Of a stretch of 64,000 bases of DNA, positions 46,901 through 59,030 are shown in pieces (position 1 is the first letter of the stretch; the number at the start of each line of letters is the position of its first letter). The position numbers and the translations under genes were made by a program. The DNA comes from Guillardia theta CCMP2712 (lineage: Eukaryota; Protista; Cryptophyta), in assembly GCF_000315625.1 (NCBI RefSeq), contig NW_005434627.1:17379-81378 (forward strand), written 5' to 3'. The notes beneath the pieces were generated by a model. It worked only from the letters and a program-made list of their open reading frames with translations, was not told the DNA's origin and did no database searches.

Positions 46901-47958
46901 CTCGCCCCACGGTCGACCATCCCGGGGATACTACCCCCTCCGACCGTACTGGAGGGCTCATCGGGCCAATGAACCCCTCCTTTTGACCTCCGATACTACC
47001 CCAACAAGGATGCTCAATGATGGTAAGAACAGTGACACAGGGTAGGGTTCACTGCCGGGACAAGAGGGGTGGGAGGTACTTGAGGCAAGGCTCCGACTGA
47101 AACTGATAATAATGAGACCAGAAATGGCGACTTGCCCGCACGATGTCAGGAGGAGGCGACTCAGATGTAGCAGAGAAGGCTCTAAGATAGAGAGATAAAG
47201 GTTGAGGTTGAGGATGAGGATAGAAACGAACATGAGCCATTCTAACTGAAAGCTTCAAGCTTGCTGAGGCAGTGAGTTGAAGTAGCGTCACAACAGATTC
47301 TCAAAGGATGATCAAACCCGAATCATCAGTGAACGAGAAGTACCGATGAGAGGTAGATGGATACACCAATGCACAGCTGCAGGAGAGAATATGCGGCAGT
47401 AGGGGCAGCAGAAACGCTGAATCTGCAAGTCAGGAACAAAGAAATAAGAGCAACTCTAACGAAGACAGAGAAAGATCAAATTATTCAGTGAGGTTACGGA
47501 GTCCCTCAGAAAGTTTTCAGCGGGACATTTGAAAAAGAGGTATGATGATAACAAGGTGATTAACCAATCAGTGAAAGCATACAGCAAGTTGCTATTCCGA
47601 AGCAAGCAGCAGCCTCTATAGAGTTCGAATGTCAAGAAATGGACTGTTGTGTTTGTTCTCGCGTGCACAGATATGTGACAGATATGTGATGTATTTTTGA
47701 CATAAAATAGCTACAGAATCCTGACAAAAGGCTCAACTGAGAAGTTTGAGATGTGGAGTTTTCAAAGCTCATTGAAACTTTTGATTCTGAGAAATTTCAC
47801 AGGATCTCGAGTTTGGAAGAAAATGAATGTTAGGTCACTCTGATCAATCCAGACGCGAACAGTGGGAACATAACAGCTCTTAACAGGGATCTGAGAGGTC
47901 AAAGGGGATCTTTTAAGTCGCTTGTCATGATGTTCTGAACAGGTTGAAAACCGAAACC

Positions 47959-49383
47959 ATGAATTCCCCTCAAATGGCCAATCTCATGAGCAAAACTGCT
48001 GCAGCTGCAGAGGAATTCAAACGTTTGCTGGCTGCCGAACAGCAGTGGGCAGAGGAGAGAGCGCATTTTCAAAGTGAGATCATCAAGAAAGACCAGGAGA
48101 TTGAGAAGCAAATTGCAAAGATCAAACGTTTTGAGGAGAGTCGAGCAGTGGAGATGCAGGCGTTGAGGAAAGAAAGAGAGGAGTCCAACCGTGATAAAGA
48201 AGCTGCATCGACAAGGATCACTGCATTGCTGCGAGAGCTTGACCTGAAGGCGCAGAGTGAGGTCGGGTTGAGATCGCTTCATGGTTGTCGTCCCTGATCT
48301 TGTGCTGTGCTTGCAGGCTCGATTCAACTTGGAGAAGAAGAGCTGGGCTGAGAGGATAGAGAGGCTGGAGAAGATAAAGGAAAATGCTCGAGAGGATGCA
48401 GAGAGTGCCGGTCAAGAGGTAGCTAGGTTGCAGAAGGCTTATCAAGAGTTGTTCAGCAAGAGCAGGTGATGTAAGACGGCTGGGCAGCCTTGCACGTGAA
48501 CAAATGATCTCAGGTTGGAGAAAGAGCAGCTGTCAAGGCAGATTCAAGTCCTGGAGGACGACAACACAGACATGAGAGAGAAGATCGAGACGCTGCAGGA
48601 GCAGCAAAAGGCTTCCTCCGCACAGATAGAGGCCCTGGACGCTGCCATCTCCGAGGCTCGGCGGGCCATCAACCACCTCAACAGCGAGAAGAGCGAACTG
48701 TCGCAGCAGATGGAGTCGATGGAGCATGAGATAGGAGATGTGCTGCAGCAGCTCCACACGGCTCAGAATGCCCTTGAAGCAGAGAAGGAGGCTCATATCG
48801 CAGCCCTGGAGATTGAGCGGAGTGAACGACAACGGCAACAAGTGCGTGGGGGCCTGTAACATTTGTGCTCTTACAAGCTCACGTCTTGTTGTTCTCTTAC
48901 AAGCTCACGTCTTGTTGTTCTCTTACATGCTCACGTCTTGTTGTGCTGTTACATGCTCACGTCTTGTTGAAGGAATTCTTTGGGCAAGCGTTGGCAGAGG
49001 CTGAAGGGGAATCAAGAAGTGCGCACAGTCAGGTGAATTGATCTACGAGTGAATGAGGGTGTTCAACGTGTTCCAGGTCCATGCTATGAAGCTCAAGATT
49101 GTTCAGTTCGAACGAGAAACGAAGCGCTTGAAGGCAAGGGAGACGCTTCAAGGACCTCGCTGATGCTCTCGGCGCAGGACGAGAAGTCTTTCTTGCAGCA
49201 GAAGATCTCAAACCTTGAGGAGGCGATCGCTCAAGAACGAGCAGAATGGGAGCAGGTGACATCTTGACCGGTGTGTATTTGAATGCCCTCGTGATAGGTT
49301 GGCAGACATATCAGCAAATGACGGAGGCGATCGCTCGGAAAGAAATGGAGCAGGATGCAGCTGCAGGTATCCACCCTGAAAGT

Positions 49384-49442
<59 letters not shown>

Positions 49443-50432
49443 CTTGCCTGCCTGCCTGCCTGCTTGCCTGCCTGCTTGCCTGCCTGCTTGCCTGCCTGCC
49501 TCTTCCCCCCCTCCCCGCCTGCCCGCCCGCCCGCCCTCCCTCCCTCCTTCCCTCCCTCTACCTCACACCCTCCCTCTACCTCACACACACACACGCACAC
49601 ACACACAAACACTTTCTCATTCTCCCTCCCCCCCTCCCTCCCTCTCCCTCTCTCTCCCTTGCCATCTCTTCCTCTGATATCAGTGTAGCACACTTGGAAG
49701 TGATGCTCCGAAGCGTGGGGGGGATCTCCAAGAGCGGGATGGTACATGGCCTGCTTGCCGTTGCCTCCCGATGATCCTTCTTCCCTGGCAGGACGTCGGC
49801 ATGTCCACTGTAGGACTGTCCAAGACAGGTAGCGCTGCTGCGACCTCTCCATGTGCCGCACTGAACGTGCTGGAAGCCGACTTGTCAACAGAAGCGAATG
49901 CACTGAGGTCAATGAAGGTAGGGAGACAAGGAGAGGACAGCCGAAGGCTGACGCGCTTGTTCCATTCAGGTGCACAACCTCAACGACTCGGGGTGACTGA
50001 GCTCAAGTCAGTGCTGTGGGATCACAACATGGCAGGAGAGTGATCGAGCAGGATAGCGCGGTGGAGAGCTCGACGTTTCCTTCCCACTCTCCCGTGGTGC
50101 TTCTCGTCATTCACCTGCCTTCGTGCTAACCCGCTCGTGTCAGGGAGCGTTGACCCCACAAGAGCACGACTGGGACGCAGGTGCAGGTGCCGGGGGAAGT
50201 GCTGGGCTGACGGAGGGGTTTGACAAGCAGAAGGCGAGGAGATGCCAAGGTCTCGCCCTCCCTCGCTGTCGAAACGTCAGAGCAGCTCGCCGATATCTGG
50301 CGAGAGGTCGCTGGAGCTTCAGTGCCTCCTCCTGCCCTGACTCCCGCTCCCTGCAGATCCAAGTCAAAGACACCCGACATGCTTCCAAGGTCCTGCCGAG
50401 CACCTCCCTCGCACTCCTTACTGAGCTGCTGA
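47959..50432 (+). CDS. Long coiled-coil protein, multi-exon (3' end uncertain)
   Basis: Successive E/K/Q/R-rich heptad exons (47959-48256, about 48318-48465, 48515-48841, ...) separated by short GT-AG introns. Confidence 0.7.
48868..48968 (+). repeat. 26-nt tandem repeat, 4 copies, inside an intron
   Basis: Unit CTCTTACAAGCTCACGTCTTGTTGTT. Confidence 0.9.
49384..49500 (+). repeat. (CCTG)n microsatellite, intronic
   Basis: Directly visible; followed by CT- and CA-rich runs. Confidence 0.95.
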
Positions 50433-50852
50433 TGTAGGTACATGCAGGACCAGAAGCGACCAGACACAGGAACGACGACGGGCGAGGTTGCGGAGCAGCC
50501 TGAGCATGCGGCAGAAAGCTGATGATGTTTGCAGGTGACGCAGTTTTGGAATGTCGGGCTGCGAGCGGATTTCTATGGGGTGAGGGGGAGAAGCTTGCTT
50601 GACATGTTGTGACGAGACGCCGCAGGTACGAGACCCGGTCGCTGACGCCAAGTCGGAGTCTGAGGATCGGCACCTCCTCCGCCCCGGACGTGAAGTCTAG
50701 AGCTGAACTAGACGGTCAGTGACGCTGTGGCAGGGACCCCCCTCAACATGAAGGACGCACGCGACGCTAAGAAGGCCTGGTATTAACAAGCTACACATGC
50801 TGCACCAGCTCCAGCTGAGCTCCTCAGCGCTCTTGTTTCTCCTTGCAAATAT

Positions 50853-52792
50853 TTACACAAGCTTAATGGTAGCGCACGCGTTGGCCAGCCCCGCGTCTAC
50901 AGGCGCATGTCATGCTTGGCTCGAGCAAGGGAAGCAGCTCACCCTTGACAGTGCACTTCTCGTCCACGAGCACCTGAGGAGGAAACCCTGGAGGATGGTG
51001 AGGAGGGAGGAGAGGACACGCGGAGCAAGACCTGCGCTGATCTGGAACGAAGAGATGCCATGGTGAGCTTCTATCCAGCGGCGAAGGTCCCCAACAGTCA
51101 TCTGCAAGTCATCTTGACATGGTGTTGGGTACGAAAGAAAAGTCCAACTTGGAGGTTTAGAACAGCACTTGCGCGTTGTCCGTCGGGCAAACGAACCTGA
51201 ATGACGAAGAATTGAGAGGAACGAGAGAGAGAGGGAGAAAGGGGGTAAGAGAGAAAGGGGCAAGGGATGAGCGAAAGATTGTGGGAGGGGAAAGAGCACG
51301 GTACCTGGATGGTGGTTGTCGGTTTGCCCTGATCCACCTGGGGAGCCTCCAGGCTCTGCAGGCAGTTGAATGTAGGAACTCCTCCTCTCCTCCTATCTTA
51401 CACTCCGAGCTGCTGGTTGGCTGGTCACAGACGCAGTCTTGACAGCTTTGTATGCATCGTCCGTCCAGTCCTGCACCCAGCTCACTCGTAGGATCCAGGC
51501 TCACAGCCCCATCGCCACCTTTCCGAGGACGTTTCCTCCTCCCCTGAACGCTTCGAACTTCGGCTTCACCACCTGATCCACTTCAACGGCATCCATCAAG
51601 GGTCAGAGCGACCTTGGCGTTGCTCGGATCTTCCTCCCTGTGGTCGGACAGGGCGATCGTCACGGGAATGGGTGTGCCCTTCTACCTAGTCAGCCTGCCT
51701 TCTTCCTCACAGCATGGAATCTCCACTGACATTGCTGGCCCGTTCCCGCAGCTCCTCAGGAACGATGTTGCGAGCGAGGTCTTGCATGAACCTGTCTTAT
51801 GCTCACGCCTGAGGCTTCCTCCTCCTACTTGCCGTCACCTCCGGTTGACCTCTTGGTTGGACCCTTGGTCAGGATAGCTGCAAGACACTCAGCCGCTGAG
51901 CGCTTTATCGAGCTGCCATCGGTCACCGGACAGGCCCGTCGTTGAGCTGGAATGCATTTCCCTTCCAGACCGTCACCTGCGCCATCGTTACACGTCATGG
52001 CACGGGCTGACTCAACAAGGCTGCCTTGTGGTTCTTTGGCTCCACCGGAGTATCCTGAGCGACCTCTTTGCTGGGAGCCTCGGCCTCCTTTCCGAGCATG
52101 AAGCCCTTCCCGCTATCCAACAAGGATCACAACACCAGGACAGCTGGAGGACAAACAGCAGCGTTCAGCCGCGTTCTTACACGAACGATCGCTTCTTGGT
52201 GCTGGGCTCGCCGTCGGGGGCCTGCGTCTCGGACTTCTCAGCTTTCTCGAACATGCTGGAGGCACTAAAAGTCAGTGAAGGCGCTCTTGCAAGCTTGCGA
52301 TCACCTCTTGGTGAGATCATCCAGCGATGCCGGCCCGGCTTCAGCCCCAGCAGGAACGTCATGGTCAACATCGTCCTCCCCATCGTCAGCTCCTGCACGT
52401 GCCTCACTTCCTTGGTCGCACTGCCCTGGTCATGGGCAGCAGGCACACCCGTCTCTGGCTCTGGCTGGTGGGGAACGACGTCAGCTGCTCCTGCGCCCGC
52501 GGTCACACAGGAATGGGACGCATCAGCATGGAGGAGGGGTCCAACCTCCCGACTCGAAGTATGCGTCCAGTGCCTTCTCGACGTCCCCCTTGGCACTGCG
52601 ACGTAAGGTCAAGGTGTGTCGGGCAGTCGGAGAGCAGTCGAGCAACGTGGAGCACAGAGGAGGACGGTCGACAATCGAAGGAGCCCAAGGGCTTTCACGG
52701 CACAGTACAGTATCTCCTTACCTTTCAATGTAGAACTTTGCCACGTCCTCGGAGGCGCCAGTCATCTCGACAAACCGCTCCATGTCGCCCAT
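50853..52792 (-). CDS. p47/Shp1 (NSFL1C/UBXN2)-like Cdc48/p97 cofactor: UBA-like + SEP + SHP box + UBX
   Basis: UBA-like MGDMERFVEMTGASEDVAKFYIE. SEP domain VTVWKGNAFQLNDGP..FMQDLARNIVPEEL. SHP box FEAFRGGGNVLG. UBX domain VDQGKPTTTIQVRLPDGQR..TVGDLRRWI..GFPPQVL..AGLANA. Confidence 0.88.
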
Positions 52793-53459
52793 GATGCAGC
52801 GAGTCACTCCTGCTGCTGCAGAACAAAAGCACATCAGCATGCCACAGCAGCTTTCCTGACACGATGCAGAGCAACATCTGTGCCTGGATACGTAACTGAT
52901 CCTCACTCCGCACCAGCAATCTTGCTCTTCCAGCCTCCTCAATCCATTCAACCCTCTCTGAAGCTACATTGCTATCGACAACCCTCAAGTTTCTACTGCT
53001 GTCATGGTCGCAGCCACAAGACGGTTGAAGCTGTAAAGCAGCTGCTATATGACCCGGCAGCAAAGGCTCAGCTCAAGTGTTAACAGCATATCTTTCATGC
53101 ACGCACCGAACGCTGCGCTACACAGAAACAACCCTCGCGCTCTTCATCAGCTGCCTCTCAAATATCCACCATCTCTGCATCCTGCACCCATCGCATTGTT
53201 GCCTTTTGATAACCATAATCTCCTCCTCTGCCTACATCTGAATGAACCCCACCATTAATCCCTATTCCTTCTCGATGTCTTTCGCTCAAAGACATCATTA
53301 CCGTCATCATTGTCATGACAACCATTACCCGCCTACTTTCGTTGCCATCGTCTGCCTTCCAAAAAGCATCATCTCCAATGACAGCCATCAACTCGACTTC
53401 CATCAATGCACCCTCAACCAAGGCTGCAAAGGAGATAGACTGAGACTGGTGGAAAAGTA

Positions 53460-53550
53460 TGAGATAAGTAAGATGAGTAAGATGATGGTAAGATGAGTAA
53501 GATGAGTAAGATGAGTGAGATGAGTGAAATCAGTAAGATGATGGTAAGAT
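53460..53550 (+). repeat. 9-nt tandem repeat (GATGAGTAA)n, imperfect
   Basis: Directly visible. Confidence 0.85.
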
Positions 53551-53654
53551 AGTTTTGCAAACAGGTTCGAATCATGTCATGAAACTTGTCGCATCATCAG
53601 CATAACTGATCCCATGTCCTAGCGGACCAGCTTACGCCCTCATCCCCTCACTTT

Positions 53655-54215
53655 TACTGGGGCTGCCTGGCCCGGGCCAGCTGCAGTGCCTGGCCCGGGC
53701 CTCTGCTCAGTGGCCTGCTGCCTGACACTGCCGCGTGGCCCGGCCCGGGCCCGCCGTCCGAACGTCTGTACTGGCCGGGCGAGTCACTCCTGCGGCACTG
53801 GGTCCGACCGTCCATGACTCAAAGTTAAGTTAATGGAGTCCATGGAGTCGCGCCGGGCCCGGCCCGGACTCGAGAGCCTGACCACGCCGTGACGCCCCTG
53901 CGGGGGCCGGCCGGGCGGGGCCTGCCCGGGCCGGCCGGGCCGGACTCCGGACTCCGCCTTGACCCCGGGCGGTGTTTCCCGGCGCTGCCAGTGGGTTTAC
54001 GGCGGCGGGCCCGGCCCGGATCTTCGGAATAGGCACCCCGGTGAACGGCGGCCCGCCGGGCTCCGGAATCATCGACCGGCGGGCTCCCGGAGCGGACTGC
54101 CGGGAACTTCGGAATCGACCCGGACCGCCGGGCGGGCCGGGCCCGGGCGGGCCGCCGGGGCGGGGGGCCGGCCTTTCTCCGCACCGTTGAACTTTTCAAC
54201 GGTTGCCGTTAGAGG
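53655..54215. repeat. GC-rich intergenic island between divergent genes
   Basis: Contains ACTCAAAGTTAAGTTAA at 53817-53833. Confidence 0.7.
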
Positions 54216-55088
54216 ACTGATGACATAGCCCCAGTGAAACGATGCGAAGTTTTGTCATTCGGCTGTCATTTCAAAAATATCTTTCAATATTCAAAGTTAA
54301 AGATGAAATTTCAAATTATGGGAATCAAATTGATTGGAGATATTATTAATCAGCCCGGCGAAAACGAGTGATTTCATCAAGCAACTCTCCCCTGCCCCCA
54401 CCCCTTCCCAAGCGCCCTCACTAGAAATAATTCGTCCCCAGCACCCCCACCCATTCAATCCTAGGGAAGTCCATGGTGGTGAATGGTGGTGAACTACCCT
54501 ACCCCCACTGGACACGTCGAACCATAAACAACCATGCCCTGATTAAAATAGTTTATACGAAGCGGCCTCAGGACCCCCCAGTTCATACAGCTGCCTCAGG
54601 ACCCCCCCTTGATAGAGGAAACCTAGGCTTCAAAAACCTTCTTGCTGTGGTTCTCGTTTCGACTGTCGCAATCTCATCGCTACCTCGCCTTGTACACATT
54701 TATACATTTATATCTCCCCCTCCCTCCCTCCTCCTTCCCTCCTCCCCTCCTCCCTCCTCCCTCCTCCCTCCTCCCCCCCGCCCTACTCCACTGATTTTCT
54801 AACTTGCTTGTTGTGTTCTGTGTGCACTTTCCCAACCTCGGCCTGTGCTTCTTCGCACACAAGGCCGTTTACAATCTCAGAATTTGATAATCCCGCTGCT
54901 CTCACTGCGTTACTTCATTCCCTTTGGTTCTTGGAGCTTGTTGCTCAACCTTTATTTCTCCGCTTCCAGATTGCTCTCAGTGCAGAAATTTGGCTGTTCT
55001 CAACCCCTGGTGCATGCAAGTTCATATCTCATAAGAGGCAAATCAACGTACATCTGTACCAGCAGCCACCGCACAAACGGAATCAAGA

Positions 55089-55511
55089 ATGCAGAACCCT
55101 CCCCCCCTTCAGATAACTGTGATTCCAAGGAAAAGGAAAAACGAAGAGAGGAACAATAGGCAACCAATCACACTCGACAAGGAGACTCTTGAACAATACC
55201 TTCAGTACAGCCAGAGAGAGGCTGCAGCAAAATTAGACATCTCACTCACAGCTCTCAAGAATGTATGCAAGTTTGTTGGGCTAAACAACTGGACCGACAG
55301 CAGAAAGCCTAGCAAGATCCCGCGGTCTTCTCCCTCATCTGAGGATTGTGAAACCAGCAGTCAGTCAAATTCATCCACGTCAAACTGTGGAACAGACGAT
55401 TCATCGAGCTCGGAATCCTTCCTTGACAGTGAAGCAATACGTCGCTGGAGCCCTCGCTCATTCTTCCATGATGAGATTTACGACGAAGTGATCGAACACT
55501 CATGGCTATAA
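55089..55511 (+). CDS. Divergent RWP-RK-like protein (intronless)
   Basis: VIPRKRK..PITLDKETLEQYLQYSQREAAAKLDISLTALKNVCKFVGLNNW; the RWP-x-R motif is degenerate (NNWTDSRK). Confidence 0.75.
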   Translation: MQNPPPLQITVIPRKRKNEERNNRQPITLDKETLEQYLQYSQREAAAKLDISLTALKNVCKFVGLNNWTDSRKPSKIPRSSPSSEDCETSSQSNSSTSNCGTDDSSSSESFLDSEAIRRWSPRSFFHDEIYDEVIEHSWL

Positions 55512-55969
55512 CCACAGTGAACACAGAGTGTATGGTTCGTTTATTTTCTGTGACCACAAAATAATCCTGCTTCTAATTGATCAATAATCAACTTTCAAAG
55601 TCAGAGCAAAGCTGCCAACCTTACTCATGTACGTATATTCGACACGTTGGCCAACGACATGATTGTATATACTCTTTGCTTGTCTAGAATTGGTGTAGTA
55701 GTTTCATGAGTCCCGTACTGCATGTCACGATCAGACAACTTAGAGAGACCTCATGTTAATTCGAACTTGCAGTTCGCAATTTTCTTTTCAAGATTTTCCA
55801 GTAAACCTATTCTTCATAAGGCCTGGACTTTGGCCCCTTCCTCAAAGATGTTCATTCCAGGATTTTGCAGTGAACCTTTTTTTCTTAATACACATATGAC
55901 ATGGACTCTCATTTCATTAATTTTTGCTGAAAGCTGCCACGGTCGGTGGTTCACCATAACAGCAATTTG

Positions 55970-57420
55970 AACATCCGGGCAGCCTGTGTGAGCCGCCTAA
56001 CTAGGTTAAGCCTCAACGTGGCCTGAGTTATGACTGAGGATTCAACTGAGTGCTCCGCCCCACTGCCATGGTATGATCATGGCCGCGGCGCCCAGTGAGG
56101 GTTGGTTCTCACTCTCTTCTCTTCTCGCCGTATGGCCTGTGCGACAGTGTCAGGGTCAAGGCTCCTCGACTCTCCTGATTGTCCTCGTAATGATTTATAT
56201 ACACGCAAAATTGCAGGACCCGAGAGAGACTGAGGGTAAAGTGGCTCTCCAAAGATTTTCGATAGAAACAACAAAAGATGCTAGACACAATCATTCGCTT
56301 CAGGTCACCTATCACAATAGGTCGGATTCCGCCCTTTCAAGTTCCGCTGAATTGGCAGTAGCAATGAATCGCCCCCCTCTGGTGTATTCCTCGAGGAAAG
56401 CTCCCGAAGGGATTCCCAGCGCGATCGGCTTCAAGATGAGGTCAATGTATCGCTTTTTGTGATCATCAGGCAGTCTGAGAATGTACGGTCGCAGGTGCCA
56501 GGCTGGCCCTCACTGAAGACGGTCGCCAACCAGGTTTGAGTCAGGGCCCGGGGGCACTGTCAGAATCGCCGCAGGCACTGCAGCAATTCCCCTACTACCT
56601 CTCGCTGCCACGGATCTAAGATCCGAAGTTGTCCGAAGCAACGAGACCCGGCGGGTTTATCCGATCGGCGATGGCATACTAGTTTGGGCCCGGGACCGTG
56701 GCACACTGTGACAGACCGTACTCAGTCAGTGAGGGCCCTGCGACTCGCCCGGCCGTCAGACTCGGCTTTGAGTCTCAGTGACTCTCCTGAGGCTCAGGCT
56801 CACTGTACGGTCCGACAGTCCGATCATCGGCCCGGGCCGGATTGTCCATAGTACTGATTTTTACCTTAACTTAAGTTGAGTAAAAGTCTAGGCTGACTCT
56901 CTCCGACTCCGGCGAGGGACGGCCTGGGAGCCGGCCGCCCGGCCGGTCTTCAAGTTTACTCAAAGTTAAGTTAAAAATCAGTACGACCGTCCGGTGACAG
57001 TGAAATCTCAGTCACTTGAGTCAAGTTTGAAAATCTAGCTTTTAACTCGCCCTTGACCCGCCGATATGTGGGCGCTGGCGCCAGGGATGCTGGAGACGGC
57101 CAAGAAGGCGCAGAGACATAAGACGCACAAGGTAACAGTAACGTGAAACTTGAAACGTTCACTCTCCCTTCATCATCGTCATCAGTTCAAGTAGTGTCAG
57201 CACGAGCGGACCGCACCGTCTTGTGAGTAGCAGGCCCGAACGAGTCACGTTAGGCGAGCAGGCATCCTGAGGGCATCCAGACCGGCACTCCGATCTGATC
57301 GGATCAGAACGTCTCACGTGACTGTGACAAGCCTCAGTAGTGACTTATAGTAGCCTGCCGAAGGCACCGCCGGGTAGAACGGGGGCCACAGGTTGTCTCA
57401 GTCTGGTGGCGGCAACGAGT
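55970..57420. repeat. Composite GC-rich island with three copies of the dispersed repeat of about 64 nt
   Basis: Copies at 56153-56196(-), 56841-56884(-) and 56955-56986(+). Confidence 0.65.
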
Positions 57421-58373
57421 CAAGTTGTAGACAGCGTTCCGACCTGAAGTGCTAGCAAGAGCAGAGGGTTCCAGAGTGATAGAAGTCATCATCGGATTAT
57501 ACATGTGGGAGCAGAATGATGATCATGTTCATGGTTGGTAATTCTGCCGCTGAGAACGATCGAGATGAACCTTGCAGGGTTCTGATTGACACAACAGGAC
57601 CACACATACGTATCACTGTAAGGCAGATGGTGACCTTTCTAATAATAGACGGTCAGTCAGACGATTGAAAAGCAGTTAAACAATACGGACGATGGCCCGG
57701 CCAGTGGTGCGGTTGGTATCGGACTCGCGGACAGTTAGATTGCGATCTGCTTTCCTCACAATGTGTAAGAATGCTGCTCCCAAACGATTGTCAATCAAAA
57801 TCATTTTTTAGTGAGATACTTCCTGTTTGCTGCATTTTGTCATGTTTCGACATGACAACTACAGATAGGACTTTTGTGAGGGTTCATCTGTCAATGTGCA
57901 CAAAGATGTAGTATTAGACTTAAGCCACGACTTCAACCTCAAATTCAAAGATTGGTGGTCAGGATAACACCAAGGGATTGATGACTTGGTTTTATCAGGT
58001 GTTAATTGACGAAGACAACGAAGATCAAAACACTCAAGACAAAGAGAACACAAACAAGAAGCCAACATCATCTAGGATGCGAACTTTCGGAACAATCATC
58101 AGCACAAATCTTCCCTTGGTAGCATTGTCTCTCAAGAAAAGCAAGCAAATCGTCAGCCTGACTCCCCCAGAAAACACTGTAAGAAACCTTCGTCTTATCA
58201 CCAATTAGTTACAACTTCTCGCTTCAGGTCTCCAACGATCTTTTGGAGGAGAAGAAAGAATGACAAGGTGCAAGCTAATGTCGAGACGACCCAATTGTTT
58301 CACAAGAGTCTTTTCATTGGATAAACTACAGGAGAAAGAATGGAAAAGTGACAACGTCATCAAACATAGAAAT

Positions 58374-59030
58374 TTACATGCAGAAGGAGCCAGGGTGATG
58401 GTCGTTAGCCACGTCCGTCAGCTGATCCTTCCCCTTCTTCACTTCAACATTGGAATCCTTGCGCAATGAGTTGAATAACCCTATCAACCCGATGATCCCA
58501 AACACCAACGACGCCGAGAAAATCCCAAAAAACCTCAGAGCCATCATCCCCGCTGCCCTCAGCGCCAGGAGTCCCACCGTCATCATAGAAACCGCTGCCC
58601 CTGCCCTGAGCGCCCAAGACACATACAGCAGACCCATGGACAGAGCGTCAGTATTGTGCGTGTCCTTGGCAGCTTTCTTGGACCTCAGCTGAGACTTTCT
58701 TGAACGAACAGCCTTGGCACGATTCGACCTTGCCTTCCTCCTGACGGGGCAGTCAGGGTCAAGCTGCCATGCCATCTTCTGGTTGTCCAGTTCCTCCTTC
58801 TCCAAACCCATCAATCTTGCTGAGAGGGGGGGAAGAGGAGGAGGAGTCTGGAGGTAAGTGGGGGTTGTCTTCTGAATTACAACTTGCCTGGTCCTGCCTG
58901 GCACAATTGTTCTGCTTCCTGATTCCGTGCTTCCCTTGCCAGATTTCATCCAAATATGAGGAGCGAAGCATGATACGCATTGAAGTGTAGACAACACTAG
59001 GACACTCTGAACGAAAAGTCTCGCTATCAT
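58374..59030 (-). CDS. Hypothetical plastid-targeted membrane protein
   Basis: MIARLFVQSVLVLSTLQCVSC|FAP is a signal peptide with Phe at +1 (ASAFAP-like), followed by a basic region and C-terminal hydrophobic helices. Confidence 0.65.
   Translation of the reverse strand: MIARLFVQSVLVLSTLQCVSCFAPHIWMKSGKGSTESGSRTIVPGRTRQVVIQKTTPTYLQTPPPLPPLSARLMGLEKEELDNQKMAWQLDPDCPVRRKARSNRAKAVRSRKSQLRSKKAAKDTHNTDALSMGLLYVSWALRAGAAVSMMTVGLLALRAAGMMALRFFGIFSASLVFGIIGLIGLFNSLRKDSNVEVKKGKDQLTDVANDHHPGSFCM

Noticed and set aside
49208-49975. 255-aa minus ORF and (PACL)n plus ORFs
   Set aside because: Translations of the intronic (CCTG)n and (CA)n microsatellites.
57420-58300. Possible gene or transposase inside the inverted-repeat-bounded segment
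   Set aside because: Only short ORFs; no DDE, RT or integrase motifs recognised.
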